DNA of 64,000 nucleotides. It comes from an uncultured Thermotogae bacterium (GTDB lineage Bacteria; Bipolaricaulota; Bipolaricaulia; UBA7950; UBA9294). A program made the position numbers and the translations under genes. Position 1 is the stretch's first letter. Each line of letters opens with the position of its first letter. This document shows positions 1-8,212 of this stretch, one piece after another. The notes below the pieces were generated by a model. The model made no database searches, was not told the DNA's origin, and was given only the letters and a program-made list of their open reading frames with translations. The stretch spans positions 10,803-74,802 of the forward strand of contig CAYHBG010000001.1 of the NCBI GenBank assembly GCA_964354815.1. Direction: 5' to 3'.

Positions 1-223
1 GATCTACGAGAGCTCCAAGGCGGGAGCCAGCGTCCTCGCCGTGTTCAGCGGGGTCAACGGCTACCGCGACCTGTCGATGGGCTACGCCGAGGAGATCGCC
101 GTCGAGGAGGGTGCCCGCATCTGGAAGTCCGACCAGCACGGCTACGAGCGCGAGGAGAAGGTCTCCGCCAAGCGCGAGTGGGTCACTCCCGAGCTCGGGT
201 CGGGGAAGAAGGGGAAGAAGTAG
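1..223 (+). CDS. hypothetical protein, C-terminal fragment (gene starts upstream of window)
   Basis: Open frame runs from position 2 to TAG at 221-223 with coding-like composition; the next gene starts at overlapping GTG 223. Confidence 0.4.
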   Translation, partial: IYESSKAGASVLAVFSGVNGYRDLSMGYAEEIAVEEGARIWKSDQHGYEREEKVSAKREWVTPELGSGKKGKK

Positions 224-549
224 TGCCGATCAAGCTGAACATCGAGATCGTCACCCCCATGACGGCCGACGACCGGGATCTCCTCACGGGGATCTCGGTC
301 ATGGTCCTCGCCATCGCCAACCGGGAGATGGCCGAGAACCGCTTCCCGGACACCTTCCAGCCCGACGAGGAGGAGACGCCTCCCACCCCGCAGGCGGAGG
401 AGTACGTCGCCGGCCAGGCCAAGCCCTGCGGCGACCTGGAGTACACGGTTCGCCCCGGGTCCCAGGTCGCGGAGGCAACGGGGAACCTCTGCGTCAGCCC
501 GGTGGGCCACCGTGGTCGCCACAAGTACCGCTCCCTGGGGTTGAACTGA
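223..549 (+). CDS. hypothetical protein (about 108 aa)
   Basis: GTG start overlapping the upstream TAG (tagtg); ends TGA 547-549 overlapping the next ATG (tgatg); acidic protein VPIKLNIEIVTPMTADDRDLL... Confidence 0.45.
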   Translation: MPIKLNIEIVTPMTADDRDLLTGISVMVLAIANREMAENRFPDTFQPDEEETPPTPQAEEYVAGQAKPCGDLEYTVRPGSQVAEATGNLCVSPVGHRGRHKYRSLGLN

Positions 550-821
550 TGCCTCCCAAGCCCGCCGAGAGGATGTCGCAGACGGAGCTGCTCCAGCGGC
601 TCCGCTACGCCATTGACACCGCCATCGCCTACCCCTCAACCAAGAACGTCGAGGCCGCCACCAGCCTGGCCCTCGACCACCCCCGGGCCCTTCAGTCCAG
701 CCACCTCACCCACAACCTGGGAACGAGGCGTTGGACCTGGCTCGAACAGCACGGCATCCACGAAGCCGCCGGCAGCATCGCCCTCAAGGCGGTGATCAGC
801 ACGCCGGACTTCACGACGTGA
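549..821 (+). CDS. hypothetical protein (90 aa)
   Basis: ATG 549 in ATGA-type overlap with upstream stop; protein MPPKPAERMSQTELLQRLRYAIDTAIAY...; the listed ORF 111..821 is an over-extension of this frame. Confidence 0.45.
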   Translation: MPPKPAERMSQTELLQRLRYAIDTAIAYPSTKNVEAATSLALDHPRALQSSHLTHNLGTRRWTWLEQHGIHEAAGSIALKAVISTPDFTT

Positions 822-994
822 TCCACATCAGCCAGGAACGCGACGACTATCTCCGCACGCCTGGCCGGCGGGCCAACCTGTACATCGGGCCGTTCGAGCT
901 CTACCTCTCGACGGCCGACGAGGGCTGGCTCGCCTTCACCATCTCGATCCCGGGCTGGTTCCGGGTCGGCTGGGATTGGCAGGGTAGGCCGTGA
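818..994 (+). CDS. small hypothetical protein (58 aa)
   Basis: GTG 818 overlaps stop 819-821; ends TGA 992-994 overlapping GTG 991 of the nuclease gene (translational coupling chain). Confidence 0.3.
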   Translation: MIHISQERDDYLRTPGRRANLYIGPFELYLSTADEGWLAFTISIPGWFRVGWDWQGRP

Positions 995-1728
995 GCGAGC
1001 GCCCGGTCGTCTTCTCCTCCTCCAGCGTCAACGCCTACCAGGAGTGCCACCTCCGGTGGTACTTCAGCTACATCCTGGGTCAGGAGGGGACACAGTCCGA
1101 GGCCCAGGTGGTGGGGATCGCGGTCCACGACGCCGCCGAGCAGATCCTTCGCAAGAAGCTGCCGGCGGACGCCTTCGACGCCATGCCGCCCATCGACGGC
1201 CTGATGAAGGTCTTCGCCCGTGACATCCTGCCCACCTACCGCGACCCGGTCCTCGTCGAGGCACCGTTCCAGATCGAGGTGGACGGGATCCCGTTCTCCG
1301 GGATCATCGACAGCGTGGACCGCCAGGACGTGCCCGGCCCCGACTGGTCGCCGGCCGACGGCCTCGACGTGCCCGACCACGCCAACATCCTGCGCGACCT
1401 CAAGACCACCGGCAGCCGGCCCTCCGCCGGCAAGTACCGCTTCAACATGATCGGGTACTTCCTCGGGGCCCGCGAGCTGGGCTACGAGATCGCCATCATG
1501 CAGCTCGACTACATCGTGCGAACCAAGACGCCCTACTACTGGCCCGAGGCCCAGCAGATCCCGGACGACGACGAGGTCGCCGGCTGGGCCGGCACCCTGC
1601 ACGCCGCCGCCAACGGCGTGGCACGGGGCGACTACAACCCCACGGGCCTGGGCACCCGCGCCTGCGCCTCGTGCCCCCACAAGGCCCTCTGTGGGCCCTA
1701 CCAGCGATACCAGGAGGTCACAACGTGA
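991..1728 (+). CDS. PD-(D/E)XK Cas4/RecB-family exonuclease with 4Fe-4S cysteine cluster
   Basis: N-terminal Cys (ECHLRWYF), D..IID and D-L-K motifs, QLDY (QxxxY) motif, C-terminal C-x2-C-x5-C (ACASCPHKALC); classic Cas4-like phage exonuclease architecture. Confidence 0.75.
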   Translation: MSERPVVFSSSSVNAYQECHLRWYFSYILGQEGTQSEAQVVGIAVHDAAEQILRKKLPADAFDAMPPIDGLMKVFARDILPTYRDPVLVEAPFQIEVDGIPFSGIIDSVDRQDVPGPDWSPADGLDVPDHANILRDLKTTGSRPSAGKYRFNMIGYFLGARELGYEIAIMQLDYIVRTKTPYYWPEAQQIPDDDEVAGWAGTLHAAANGVARGDYNPTGLGTRACASCPHKALCGPYQRYQEVTT

Positions 1729-2552
1729 CAGTCAAGGCCGAGGAGCCCAAGCCCAGCCTCATCGCCAAGCTGGCGGAGGTCACGGGACTCATGGCAGGCA
1801 TCCCCAAGGAGGGGTGGAACGCCAACCAGAAGTACAAGTTCGTCCGCGAGACGGACGTGGCGGAGAAGGTCAGCAAGCTCCTCGCAGAGCGCAGCGTGTT
1901 CCTCTCCCAGACCGTCCTCACGAGCTCCCGCGAGGCCCTCTACGTCACGTCCTCCGGGGCCACGATGTGGATGAGCCACGTCGAGATGGCCTTCCAGTTC
2001 ATCGACGGCCAGACGGGCGAGGTCACCCCCGTGGCGACGTTCCCTGGGGATGGCGCGGACACCGGGGACAAGGGCATCTACAAGGCCATGACCGGGGCCG
2101 AGAAGTACTTCCTGATGAAGACCTTCCTGGTCTCCACCGGGGACGATCCCGAGGCCGACGAGAAGGTGGACAAGGCGGCTGCAGCTGCCGGCGCTGCCGC
2201 CGGCCCGGTCATCACCAAGAGCGCCCAGAAGGGCGTCCAGCGGGGCGGCAAGAGCGCCAACGCGACGACGGCCCAGATCACCGAGATCGCCCGCCTCGCG
2301 AAGCACCTCGAGCTCGACGCCGACTCCATCGTCCCGGTCATCAAGAAGATCGTCGGGACGGAGCCCGCCGAGGGCCAGAACCTCCGCGAGTGGCTGGGGG
2401 CACTCACCTCCGAGCAGGCCTCCGGCATCGTCATGGCCCTCACGGCGATGGAGACCTTCGAGGTCCCGGTGGAGGGCGTGGGCGAGGTTGTCCACAGCGA
2501 GTCCACCGATGTGGACAACGACGACGACACGGGGCCGGTGCCCGTCGCCTAG
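1725..2552 (+). CDS. putative single-strand annealing protein (ERF-like) with Ala-rich linker and acidic C-terminal tail
   Basis: GTG 1725 with AGGAGG RBS, overlapping the nuclease stop; ~150-aa conserved N-domain, AAAAAGAAAG linker, acidic tail DVDNDDDTGPV; partnered with an upstream exonuclease as a recombination module. Confidence 0.5.
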   Translation: MTVKAEEPKPSLIAKLAEVTGLMAGIPKEGWNANQKYKFVRETDVAEKVSKLLAERSVFLSQTVLTSSREALYVTSSGATMWMSHVEMAFQFIDGQTGEVTPVATFPGDGADTGDKGIYKAMTGAEKYFLMKTFLVSTGDDPEADEKVDKAAAAAGAAAGPVITKSAQKGVQRGGKSANATTAQITEIARLAKHLELDADSIVPVIKKIVGTEPAEGQNLREWLGALTSEQASGIVMALTAMETFEVPVEGVGEVVHSESTDVDNDDDTGPVPVA

Positions 2553-2589
2553 ACTCTCTGGGCGACCCGCAACGTCGCAACCACGGCCG

Positions 2590-2620
2590 AGGGGGAGGGG
2601 TCCGACAGCCCCTCCCCCGA
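2590..2620 (+). terminator. GC-rich inverted repeat (gggggagggg-N8-cccctccccc), putative terminator/attenuator between recombination and replication genes
   Basis: Perfect 10-bp inverted repeat seen directly in the intergenic sequence. Confidence 0.35.
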
Positions 2621-2648
2621 AGCCCCCTTGCTGTCGGAAGGGCACTCC

Positions 2649-3596
2649 ATGACCTATGACCCGCTCCAGGTTGCCACCGTCTACGCGGCCACGTTCCCGG
2701 CCCGCGACGACGTGTACAGCCGGTGGACAGACCAAGGCTGGAGGCCCGTCCGCGAGCCCCTCACCGGGGAAGTCATCCTCGCCGGACTCACGGGTACGGG
2801 CCCCAGCATCAGCGGCTACATGATCGCGCCGGGCAGCGTCTCCCACGTCCTGGCCTACGACTTCGACACCGACAACGGCTTCGAGCAGGCGTTCCAGCTC
2901 GCCCTGTTCATGGAGAAAGAGGGACTGCCGGCCTACGTCGAGACCTCACGCCGTGGGGCCCACCTCTGGTGCGTCATGGACCAGGTCAAGCCCGCCGTCG
3001 CCATCAGGGCAGCAGCCCGGGGCCTCCTCCAGGCCGCCGACCTCCCGGACCAGGACGAGCACATCGAGATCCGCCCCGGATCCGACCGTGTCGATGCCGA
3101 GTGGCACACCCACGTCAGCGGGGCGGTCGTCGGCACCGGCCTGGGCCACGCCCTGCGGCTGCCCCTGATGCCCCACCCCAAGACGGGGAAGACCGGCCGG
3201 ATGCTGCACCCCAACGGCAGCAGGCTGGGGGCCACGATGGCCGAGATCCTGCTGACGATGGAGTGGGCGTCGGCCGACAGCCTTGTCGAGTGGGGGTCTC
3301 GCTGGCGACGGCCACCTCTCACCCACCTCCCGCCCGAGTACCACAACCCACACGACTTCCCAGAGGACACCTCGACCGCGTCGGAGATCCTGCGCGAGCT
3401 CTGGGGCGTCCACAACGCGAGACCCGGAGCCAGCGTCCGCTGCCCGGCCCACGAGGACAAGATGCCATCGCTCTCGATCCTGCGGGACGACCGCCGGGCC
3501 ATCTGCAAGGCCGGCCATTGCGTCCTGAACAACAACGACCACGGCCGTGGAACCTACGAGCTCCGCAAGCTCGCACCCGTGGCCGCCAATGGCTGA
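2649..3596 (+). CDS. bifunctional DNA primase-polymerase (Prim-Pol domain) with C-terminal zinc finger
   Basis: ATG 2649 with GGAAGGG RBS; YDFDTDNG acidic motif and GAHLWC motif typical of Prim-Pol; C-terminal C-P-A-H...C-K-A-G-H-C zinc-binding cluster. Confidence 0.65.
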   Translation: MTYDPLQVATVYAATFPARDDVYSRWTDQGWRPVREPLTGEVILAGLTGTGPSISGYMIAPGSVSHVLAYDFDTDNGFEQAFQLALFMEKEGLPAYVETSRRGAHLWCVMDQVKPAVAIRAAARGLLQAADLPDQDEHIEIRPGSDRVDAEWHTHVSGAVVGTGLGHALRLPLMPHPKTGKTGRMLHPNGSRLGATMAEILLTMEWASADSLVEWGSRWRRPPLTHLPPEYHNPHDFPEDTSTASEILRELWGVHNARPGASVRCPAHEDKMPSLSILRDDRRAICKAGHCVLNNNDHGRGTYELRKLAPVAANG

Positions 3597-4896
3597 CAGG
3601 TGGCAGTTCGAGAAGCTCGGGATGGGCTACCGGTGCTGGAGTGACGCCAGCCAGACGGAGTTCCACCTCACCCACCTCAAGCGCAGCAGGGGAGACCTCC
3701 AGGGGGAGCTCTCGGTCTCCACCAACCTCGCGGCAGCGAAGACCCACAAGGGTGTCCTCCACGTCGCCCGCTTCAACGTCCTCTCCTCGACCTCCCGCTC
3801 CAGCCTCGCCAAGATGCTGGAGAAGCGCACCCCGGGCATGGACATGGACTGGTTCGACGGCCTCGAGTGGCTGTGCCAGAACGTCATCCTGTCGGAGACG
3901 CAGGGGGAGCCGATCAGCGAGGTGGGCACGGCGGCCCCGACACCGCCGGGGCACCAGTACATGGTCGAGCCCCTGATCCTAAAGGGCCGGCCGGCGCTCC
4001 TCTTCGGTCCCGGCGGAGTAGGCAAGAGCCTGCTCGCGCTGACGTGCGGCCTGTCCGTGGCCTGCGGCCGGGAGATCATCCCCGGCATCGCTCCGTCGGT
4101 CCACGCACCCGTCCTGTACCTCGACTGGGAAACGACCCACGACGTGATCAACGACAGGATCGTCGCCATCTCCCAGGGGCACGGCTTCAAGCCCCAGAAC
4201 ATGTTCTACCGCCGCTGTGTCCGGCCCCTGGCCGACGACGCGGAGGAGCTCTCGGCCGTCGTCGCCCAGAAGGGCATCAAGCTCGTCATCGTGGACTCGG
4301 CCGCCTACGCGATGGGGGCCCAGGGCGAGTACGGGGACGCCAACGAGGCGGTGCTCCGAATGCACGAGGCGCTGCGCCTCATCGGGGTGACCAGCCAGAT
4401 CGTCGATCACGTCAACAAGACCGACGCACGCGGAAAGGGCGGCACCGCCACCCCCTACGGCAGCGCCTACAAGACCAACGCCGCCCGCATCTCGTGGGAG
4501 GTCCGCAAGGCACCCTCCGCGAATGGCCTGGCGATCAACCTGTACCACGCCAAGAGCAACGACACCCGCCTCCTGGCACCCATCGGCCTCTCGCTGGACT
4601 GGGAGCAGGACAGCATCACCTTCCGCTCGATGGAGGTGGTCGAGGAGGAGGAGACCTCGCGCAGCGACAAGACGGCGGCGGAGATGATCCTCGAGGTGAT
4701 GGCCGGCGGAGACCATTGGAAGCTCCAGACCATCGCCGAGATGCTGCCCGACATCAAGTACGACACCGTCAAGCACAAGGTGTCCGACCTCGTCAGGATG
4801 GGGAAGCTCTTCAAGGACCCAGACGGCCTCTTCTACGTTCCCCCCAAGCCCGGGATCATGCTCCGCAGCATCAACACGAGGGCCCTCGATGCCTGA
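3589..4896 (+). CDS. RecA-fold replicative helicase / AAA_25 (RepA-DnaB-like) ATPase
   Basis: ATG 3589 overlaps the primase stop (ATGGCTGA); Walker A GPGGVGKS, Walker B LVIVDSAAY; C-terminal winged-helix-like tail; immediately downstream of the primase gene. Confidence 0.65.
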   Translation: MADRWQFEKLGMGYRCWSDASQTEFHLTHLKRSRGDLQGELSVSTNLAAAKTHKGVLHVARFNVLSSTSRSSLAKMLEKRTPGMDMDWFDGLEWLCQNVILSETQGEPISEVGTAAPTPPGHQYMVEPLILKGRPALLFGPGGVGKSLLALTCGLSVACGREIIPGIAPSVHAPVLYLDWETTHDVINDRIVAISQGHGFKPQNMFYRRCVRPLADDAEELSAVVAQKGIKLVIVDSAAYAMGAQGEYGDANEAVLRMHEALRLIGVTSQIVDHVNKTDARGKGGTATPYGSAYKTNAARISWEVRKAPSANGLAINLYHAKSNDTRLLAPIGLSLDWEQDSITFRSMEVVEEEETSRSDKTAAEMILEVMAGGDHWKLQTIAEMLPDIKYDTVKHKVSDLVRMGKLFKDPDGLFYVPPKPGIMLRSINTRALDA

Positions 4897-4918
4897 TGTT
4901 CGGAACATTCCAGGCGCA

Positions 4919-5124
4919 GGGGACACCTCGTCCCCAAGTGTCCCCTGGGGACGGTGTCCCGAGGGGGCTCTGAAAGGGCTTCGCAGACATGTCGGAGGGG
5001 ACACCTAATGGGCCATTCTGAGATCAAGGGGACACCAGGGGACACCATCCCCTACTGTCCCCTCGCCCCCACCAGGGGACAGGGGACGGGGACACCCCCC
5101 CCTATAAGGGGTGTCCCTGTCCCC
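4919..5124. repeat. cluster of >=11 GGGGACA(CC)/TGTCCCC iteron-like half-sites in both orientations (candidate origin or multi-operator region)
   Basis: Copies at about 4919, 4938(inv), 4947-4960(palindrome), 4997, 5028, 5038 (tandem 10-bp period), 5056(inv), 5075, 5083, 5088, 5108-5124(inv pair); TATAAG at 5103; non-coding stretch between helicase and HNH genes. Confidence 0.6.
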
Positions 5125-5156
5125 TGCCTCATGGGCCGTCCCGGAAAGAGTCCCGT

Positions 5157-5513
5157 ATGACGACCTCCATCCCGAAGAGAGTGAGGGAGGCTGTCCTCCG
5201 ACGTGACGGCTATCGCTGCATCGCCCCCCAGATCGACGGCCTCTCCGGCTGGTGCCGTGATGCGTGGGGCAACGTCATCACCCATTGGCCCGGCAGGGAC
5301 ACAGGGCCCGTGTACCTCCAGATGTCGCACACCAAGGAGCAGGGCGAGCTGGCGATGAGCCAGAAGGCGGACTCCGACATCGAGCACCTCGTCACCCTCT
5401 GCCCGTTCCACCACACCGGCACCACCGCCGGCTCTAACTGGGAGGCCGTGAACCGGAACAGGATCAGGCACTTCCTCGACGACCTCTACCGCCCTTCGAG
5501 GAGAAGGCCGTGA
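5157..5513 (+). CDS. HNH endonuclease
   Basis: C-x-x-C...H-x-x-x...C-P-F-H-H arrangement (RDGYRCIAP...HTKEQG...HLVTLCPFHH) in 118 aa. Confidence 0.7.
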   Translation: MTTSIPKRVREAVLRRDGYRCIAPQIDGLSGWCRDAWGNVITHWPGRDTGPVYLQMSHTKEQGELAMSQKADSDIEHLVTLCPFHHTGTTAGSNWEAVNRNRIRHFLDDLYRPSRRRP

Positions 5514-5671
5514 AGCACGTCCGTATCGGGGTCCTCTTCGCGGCCGGCGTCATCGGTGCCGGCGTCGTCTGGCAGTTGCTGGGACCGATGGCCGCGCCAA
5601 CCATCGCCCTGGCCCTTGTTGGCGGCGTTATCTTGGCGGTAATCGACTACATCACCGAGAAGGAGACCTAG
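5510..5671 (+). CDS. small membrane protein (53 aa, two predicted TM helices)
   Basis: GTG 5510 overlapping the HNH stop; VKHVRIGVLFAAGVIGAGVVWQLLGPMAAPTIALALVGGVILAV; followed by GGAG RBS for the next gene; below the ORF-track length cutoff. Confidence 0.35.
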   Translation: MKHVRIGVLFAAGVIGAGVVWQLLGPMAAPTIALALVGGVILAVIDYITEKET

Positions 5672-6481
5672 ATGGCCGTCTACAGGCCAGAGTTCGTCAA
5701 GCAATGGAACGACCCCACCACCACCCTCGACTGGAAGAACTGCACGATGGCAGCCGGGGCGATGGCGCTGGACTTCGACACCCTGGGTCACGTCCAGGTG
5801 CTGGGTGGGCAGCTCCGCAGCGTGTCCGGCGACAAGATCGGAGGGACCGGCCTTGGTAGCCCCGGCCTGACGAGGGCCTGGGCCCACTACGGCCAGGAGC
5901 TCCATGTCGAGAGCGGTGACGATTGGGCGGCGGTCATGGCCGCCCTCCGGGCGTACCGGGGCGTCGTCCTCCAGGGCATGTACGGGGCACTTCCCAAGGA
6001 GTACCGCAGCCCTCTCAACAGCCTCTCCTACCGGGGCCCTCACGGCGTCTACCTGACTCCCGAGATCAACGGCTCGGGATCCATCCTCATGGGCGATCCG
6101 CTCAACGGGAAGTTCATCTGGGTTCCGGCGGGCTACCTCCACAACTTCGCGTCCGCCCTCGGAGCTGTCGAGTACCACTCCTCGAGCAAGCTGTTCTTCG
6201 CGACCAGCGACCCCCACAAGCCGGTCGTCACCGACCCGGTGAAGTACGCCCACACCGTGGTCGTGACCGCCGATCCGTACCTGAACATTCGCGAGACCCC
6301 TTCCGCCGGGGCCAAGGACGTGGGCAACCTCAAGAAGGGGGCCAAGATCAAGACGACCTGGCTGCGCCGTCAGGGTGGCCGGTACATCGTCAATGGCACC
6401 ATGCGGACCGACTGGCTCGGCTTCACCCATGACGGTGAGACCGACTGGATCGCTCGCGCCTACACGAAGGTGGTCATCTGA
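5672..6481 (+). CDS. putative papain-like/CHAP-like cysteine peptidase with C-terminal SH3b domain (candidate cell-wall hydrolase)
   Basis: Cys24 (WKNCTMAAGAM) and His ~124 (GPHGVYL) spaced as in Cys-His peptidases; C-terminal YLNIRETPSAGAKDVGNLKKGAKIKTT...GETDWIARAYTKV resembles bacterial SH3b. Confidence 0.4.
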   Translation: MAVYRPEFVKQWNDPTTTLDWKNCTMAAGAMALDFDTLGHVQVLGGQLRSVSGDKIGGTGLGSPGLTRAWAHYGQELHVESGDDWAAVMAALRAYRGVVLQGMYGALPKEYRSPLNSLSYRGPHGVYLTPEINGSGSILMGDPLNGKFIWVPAGYLHNFASALGAVEYHSSSKLFFATSDPHKPVVTDPVKYAHTVVVTADPYLNIRETPSAGAKDVGNLKKGAKIKTTWLRRQGGRYIVNGTMRTDWLGFTHDGETDWIARAYTKVVI

Positions 6482-6482
6482 C

Positions 6483-6710
6483 ATGGACGTGACCTGGATC
6501 AAGATCGACTCCTGGCACATTCTCGAGGGGACCTGGGTCGAGGGGGCCGTGACGGTCGCCACCACCCGCTGCGGCATCACGCGCCCCTGGGACGGGACGA
6601 GCCTCGACCGCCTCCCCGGTGGGACCGAGACCTCCTGCGAGAACTGCCTCAAGTACAAGCTGGGCGAGCTCGACGAGCCGCCCAAGAAGAGGGCCCGCAA
6701 GGCCAAGTGA
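6483..6710 (+). CDS. small zinc-ribbon protein with basic tail
   Basis: ATG 6483; TTRCGIT...SCENC (CxxC-type pair); KKRARKAK C-terminus. Confidence 0.4.
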   Translation: MDVTWIKIDSWHILEGTWVEGAVTVATTRCGITRPWDGTSLDRLPGGTETSCENCLKYKLGELDEPPKKRARKAK

Positions 6711-7174
6711 GCTGGAGCTTCGTCATCCCCGGCCAGCCCCTCATGGTAACCTTCCCTGTCATGGACGACATCGGAGAGTGCTACGAGCTGTCTGGCGGGA
6801 GCAGGCGCAAGGGCTACGTTCGGGTCGAGTACAAGTATCGGACCCACTCGGCGCACCGGATCGCTTGGATGGCGGTGAACGGGCCGATCCCCGAGAAGGG
6901 GGAGATCCTTCATCGCTGCGACAACCGCTCGTGCATCAGGGCATCGCATCTCTACCTCGGAACGAACGAGGAGAACGTCCGTGATCGGGTCATGCGGCTG
7001 CGGTCATGGCACAAGCTGACCGACGAGGAGGTGCTCGAGATCCGCGCCAAGTACAGCGCCTGGGGAAGGGGCGGGATGACGGGTCGTCAGCTCGCCGCCC
7101 AGTACGGCGTGAGCAAGGCCCAGATCTCGCGCATCGTCACCGGCCAGCGTCGAAAGGACATCGGGGCTGGCTGA
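6707..7174 (+). CDS. HNH homing endonuclease (HNH_3/NUMOD-like) with C-terminal HTH
   Basis: HRIAWMAVNGPIP...HRCDNRSCIRASHLYLGTNEEN signature; C-terminal QLAAQYGVSKAQISRIV helix-turn-helix; the first 11 codons (VSWSFVIPGQP) are a copy of the rusA 5' end. Confidence 0.7.
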   Translation: MSWSFVIPGQPLMVTFPVMDDIGECYELSGGSRRKGYVRVEYKYRTHSAHRIAWMAVNGPIPEKGEILHRCDNRSCIRASHLYLGTNEENVRDRVMRLRSWHKLTDEEVLEIRAKYSAWGRGGMTGRQLAAQYGVSKAQISRIVTGQRRKDIGAG

Positions 7175-7212
7175 TGGGATGGAGCTTCGTCATCCCCGGC
7201 CAGCCCCCGTAG
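6707..7212 (+). mobile_element. free-standing HNH endonuclease insertion flanked by 28-bp direct repeats (TGGAGCTTCGTCATCCCCGGCCAGCCCC at ~6713-6740 and ~7180-7207)
   Basis: Identical 28-nt repeat before and after the HNH ORF, each encoding the RusA-like N-terminus WSFVIPGQP. Confidence 0.55.
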
Positions 7213-7557
7213 CCGTCGGGCAACCACGCCTACAAGATTGGCAAGGGCTACCGGAGGGGCGGCATCAGCTACCCCAGGATCATCAAGACGACCGAGGCGG
7301 AGGCGTACCAGCAGGGCGTGGCCCTGATTGTGCGCTCCGCCAGGCCCAGCGGCTGGTACTGGGGGCCGGGGCAGATGGTGGTGTGCGAGTACAGCTTCTT
7401 CCTCTGGGACGACGCCGACTGCACCAACCTCATCAAGGTCATCGAGGACGGGATCTTCCCGGCGCTCGACATCAACGACTCGTGGGCGCTGCCGCGAGCC
7501 ATCAGCAAGGAGATCGTGCCGAAGGCCTCGGCGCGAGTGGAGGTCACCATCAGGTGA
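7174..7557 (+). pseudogene. rusA: RusA-family Holliday junction resolvase gene interrupted by an in-frame TAG after codon 12
   Basis: MGWSFVIPGQPP-TAG(7210-7212)-PSGNHAYKIGKGYRRGG...WDDADCTNLIKVIEDG aligns with E. coli RusA ITLPWPPSNNRYYR...RDLDNLQK catalytic core; same frame before and after the amber; TAG is an ordinary stop elsewhere in this window. Confidence 0.5.
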
Positions 7558-7630
7558 GACTCATCAAGGACTTCATCGCGTCCGTGGGGATGGTGGGCTG
7601 CTCGCCCACGCCGGCCCCCAGCGCCAACCC

Positions 7631-8212
7631 GTGATCATCGAGCTCGACGAGGCGCAGATGGAGGACGCCAAGACCGTCGCCCGTCGGGTGTACGGCAAGT
7701 ACCACCAGGACGGAGGGCCCAAGACCCGCTACAGCCACGGCCAGATCATGGACATGCGGTACACCCTCAACGGGTTCTGCGCCGAGCTCGCCCTGTCCAT
7801 CCACCTGGGCGAGCGTTGGAACCGTGGCGACTCCAGCAAGGCCGACGTGGGCCGGATCCACGAGGCCCGCTGGACGAGCAAGTACCCACCCGAGCTGCGG
7901 ATCTACGACCCAGCCGACAAGAAGTCGCCCGACTACCAGAAGGCCCAGCGCCGTTTCTGGTTGCTGACCGGCGAGCCTCCGTCCCTCACCCTGCACGGGG
8001 GGACATCCGGCCAGGACATCATCGAACGCGGCGAGCGCCGCGTCAGCCGGGAGGGGATGGCGAGCTGGTTCCTGTCGCTCGAGGCCCTCGAGGGACACCG
8101 ACATGGCTGGGCCAAGGACGAGTCCGGCATCTGGGCCTGCGCTAGCTGCCTCGAGCACTTCGTGGGCCAGGTCCCGGTGGATGTGCTACACCCCGACGGG
8201 AGACAGGCATGA
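7631..8212 (+). CDS. hypothetical protein (193 aa)
   Basis: GTG 7631 overlapping the stop of a 26-codon upstream mini-ORF; coding-like composition; no motif recognised. Confidence 0.5.
   Translation: MIIELDEAQMEDAKTVARRVYGKYHQDGGPKTRYSHGQIMDMRYTLNGFCAELALSIHLGERWNRGDSSKADVGRIHEARWTSKYPPELRIYDPADKKSPDYQKAQRRFWLLTGEPPSLTLHGGTSGQDIIERGERRVSREGMASWFLSLEALEGHRHGWAKDESGIWACASCLEHFVGQVPVDVLHPDGRQA

Noticed and set aside
111-821. 236-aa ORF spanning three small genes
   Set aside because: Only the last 90 codons (from ATG 549) have protein-like composition. The upstream part is the Arg/Pro/Gly-rich alternative frame of gene 223..549.
7006-7212. 68-aa ORF ending ...LMGWSFVIPGQPP
   Set aside because: It overlaps the HNH endonuclease gene in another frame. 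Only its last 12 codons (the rusA 5' repeat copy) are meaningful.
7174-7557. Amber-suppression or alternative genetic code as the explanation for the in-frame TAG in rusA
   Set aside because: TAG terminates several well-supported genes in this window (for example at 221-223 and 12684-12686), and no suppressor tRNA is evident. Pseudogene or sequence error is more parsimonious.
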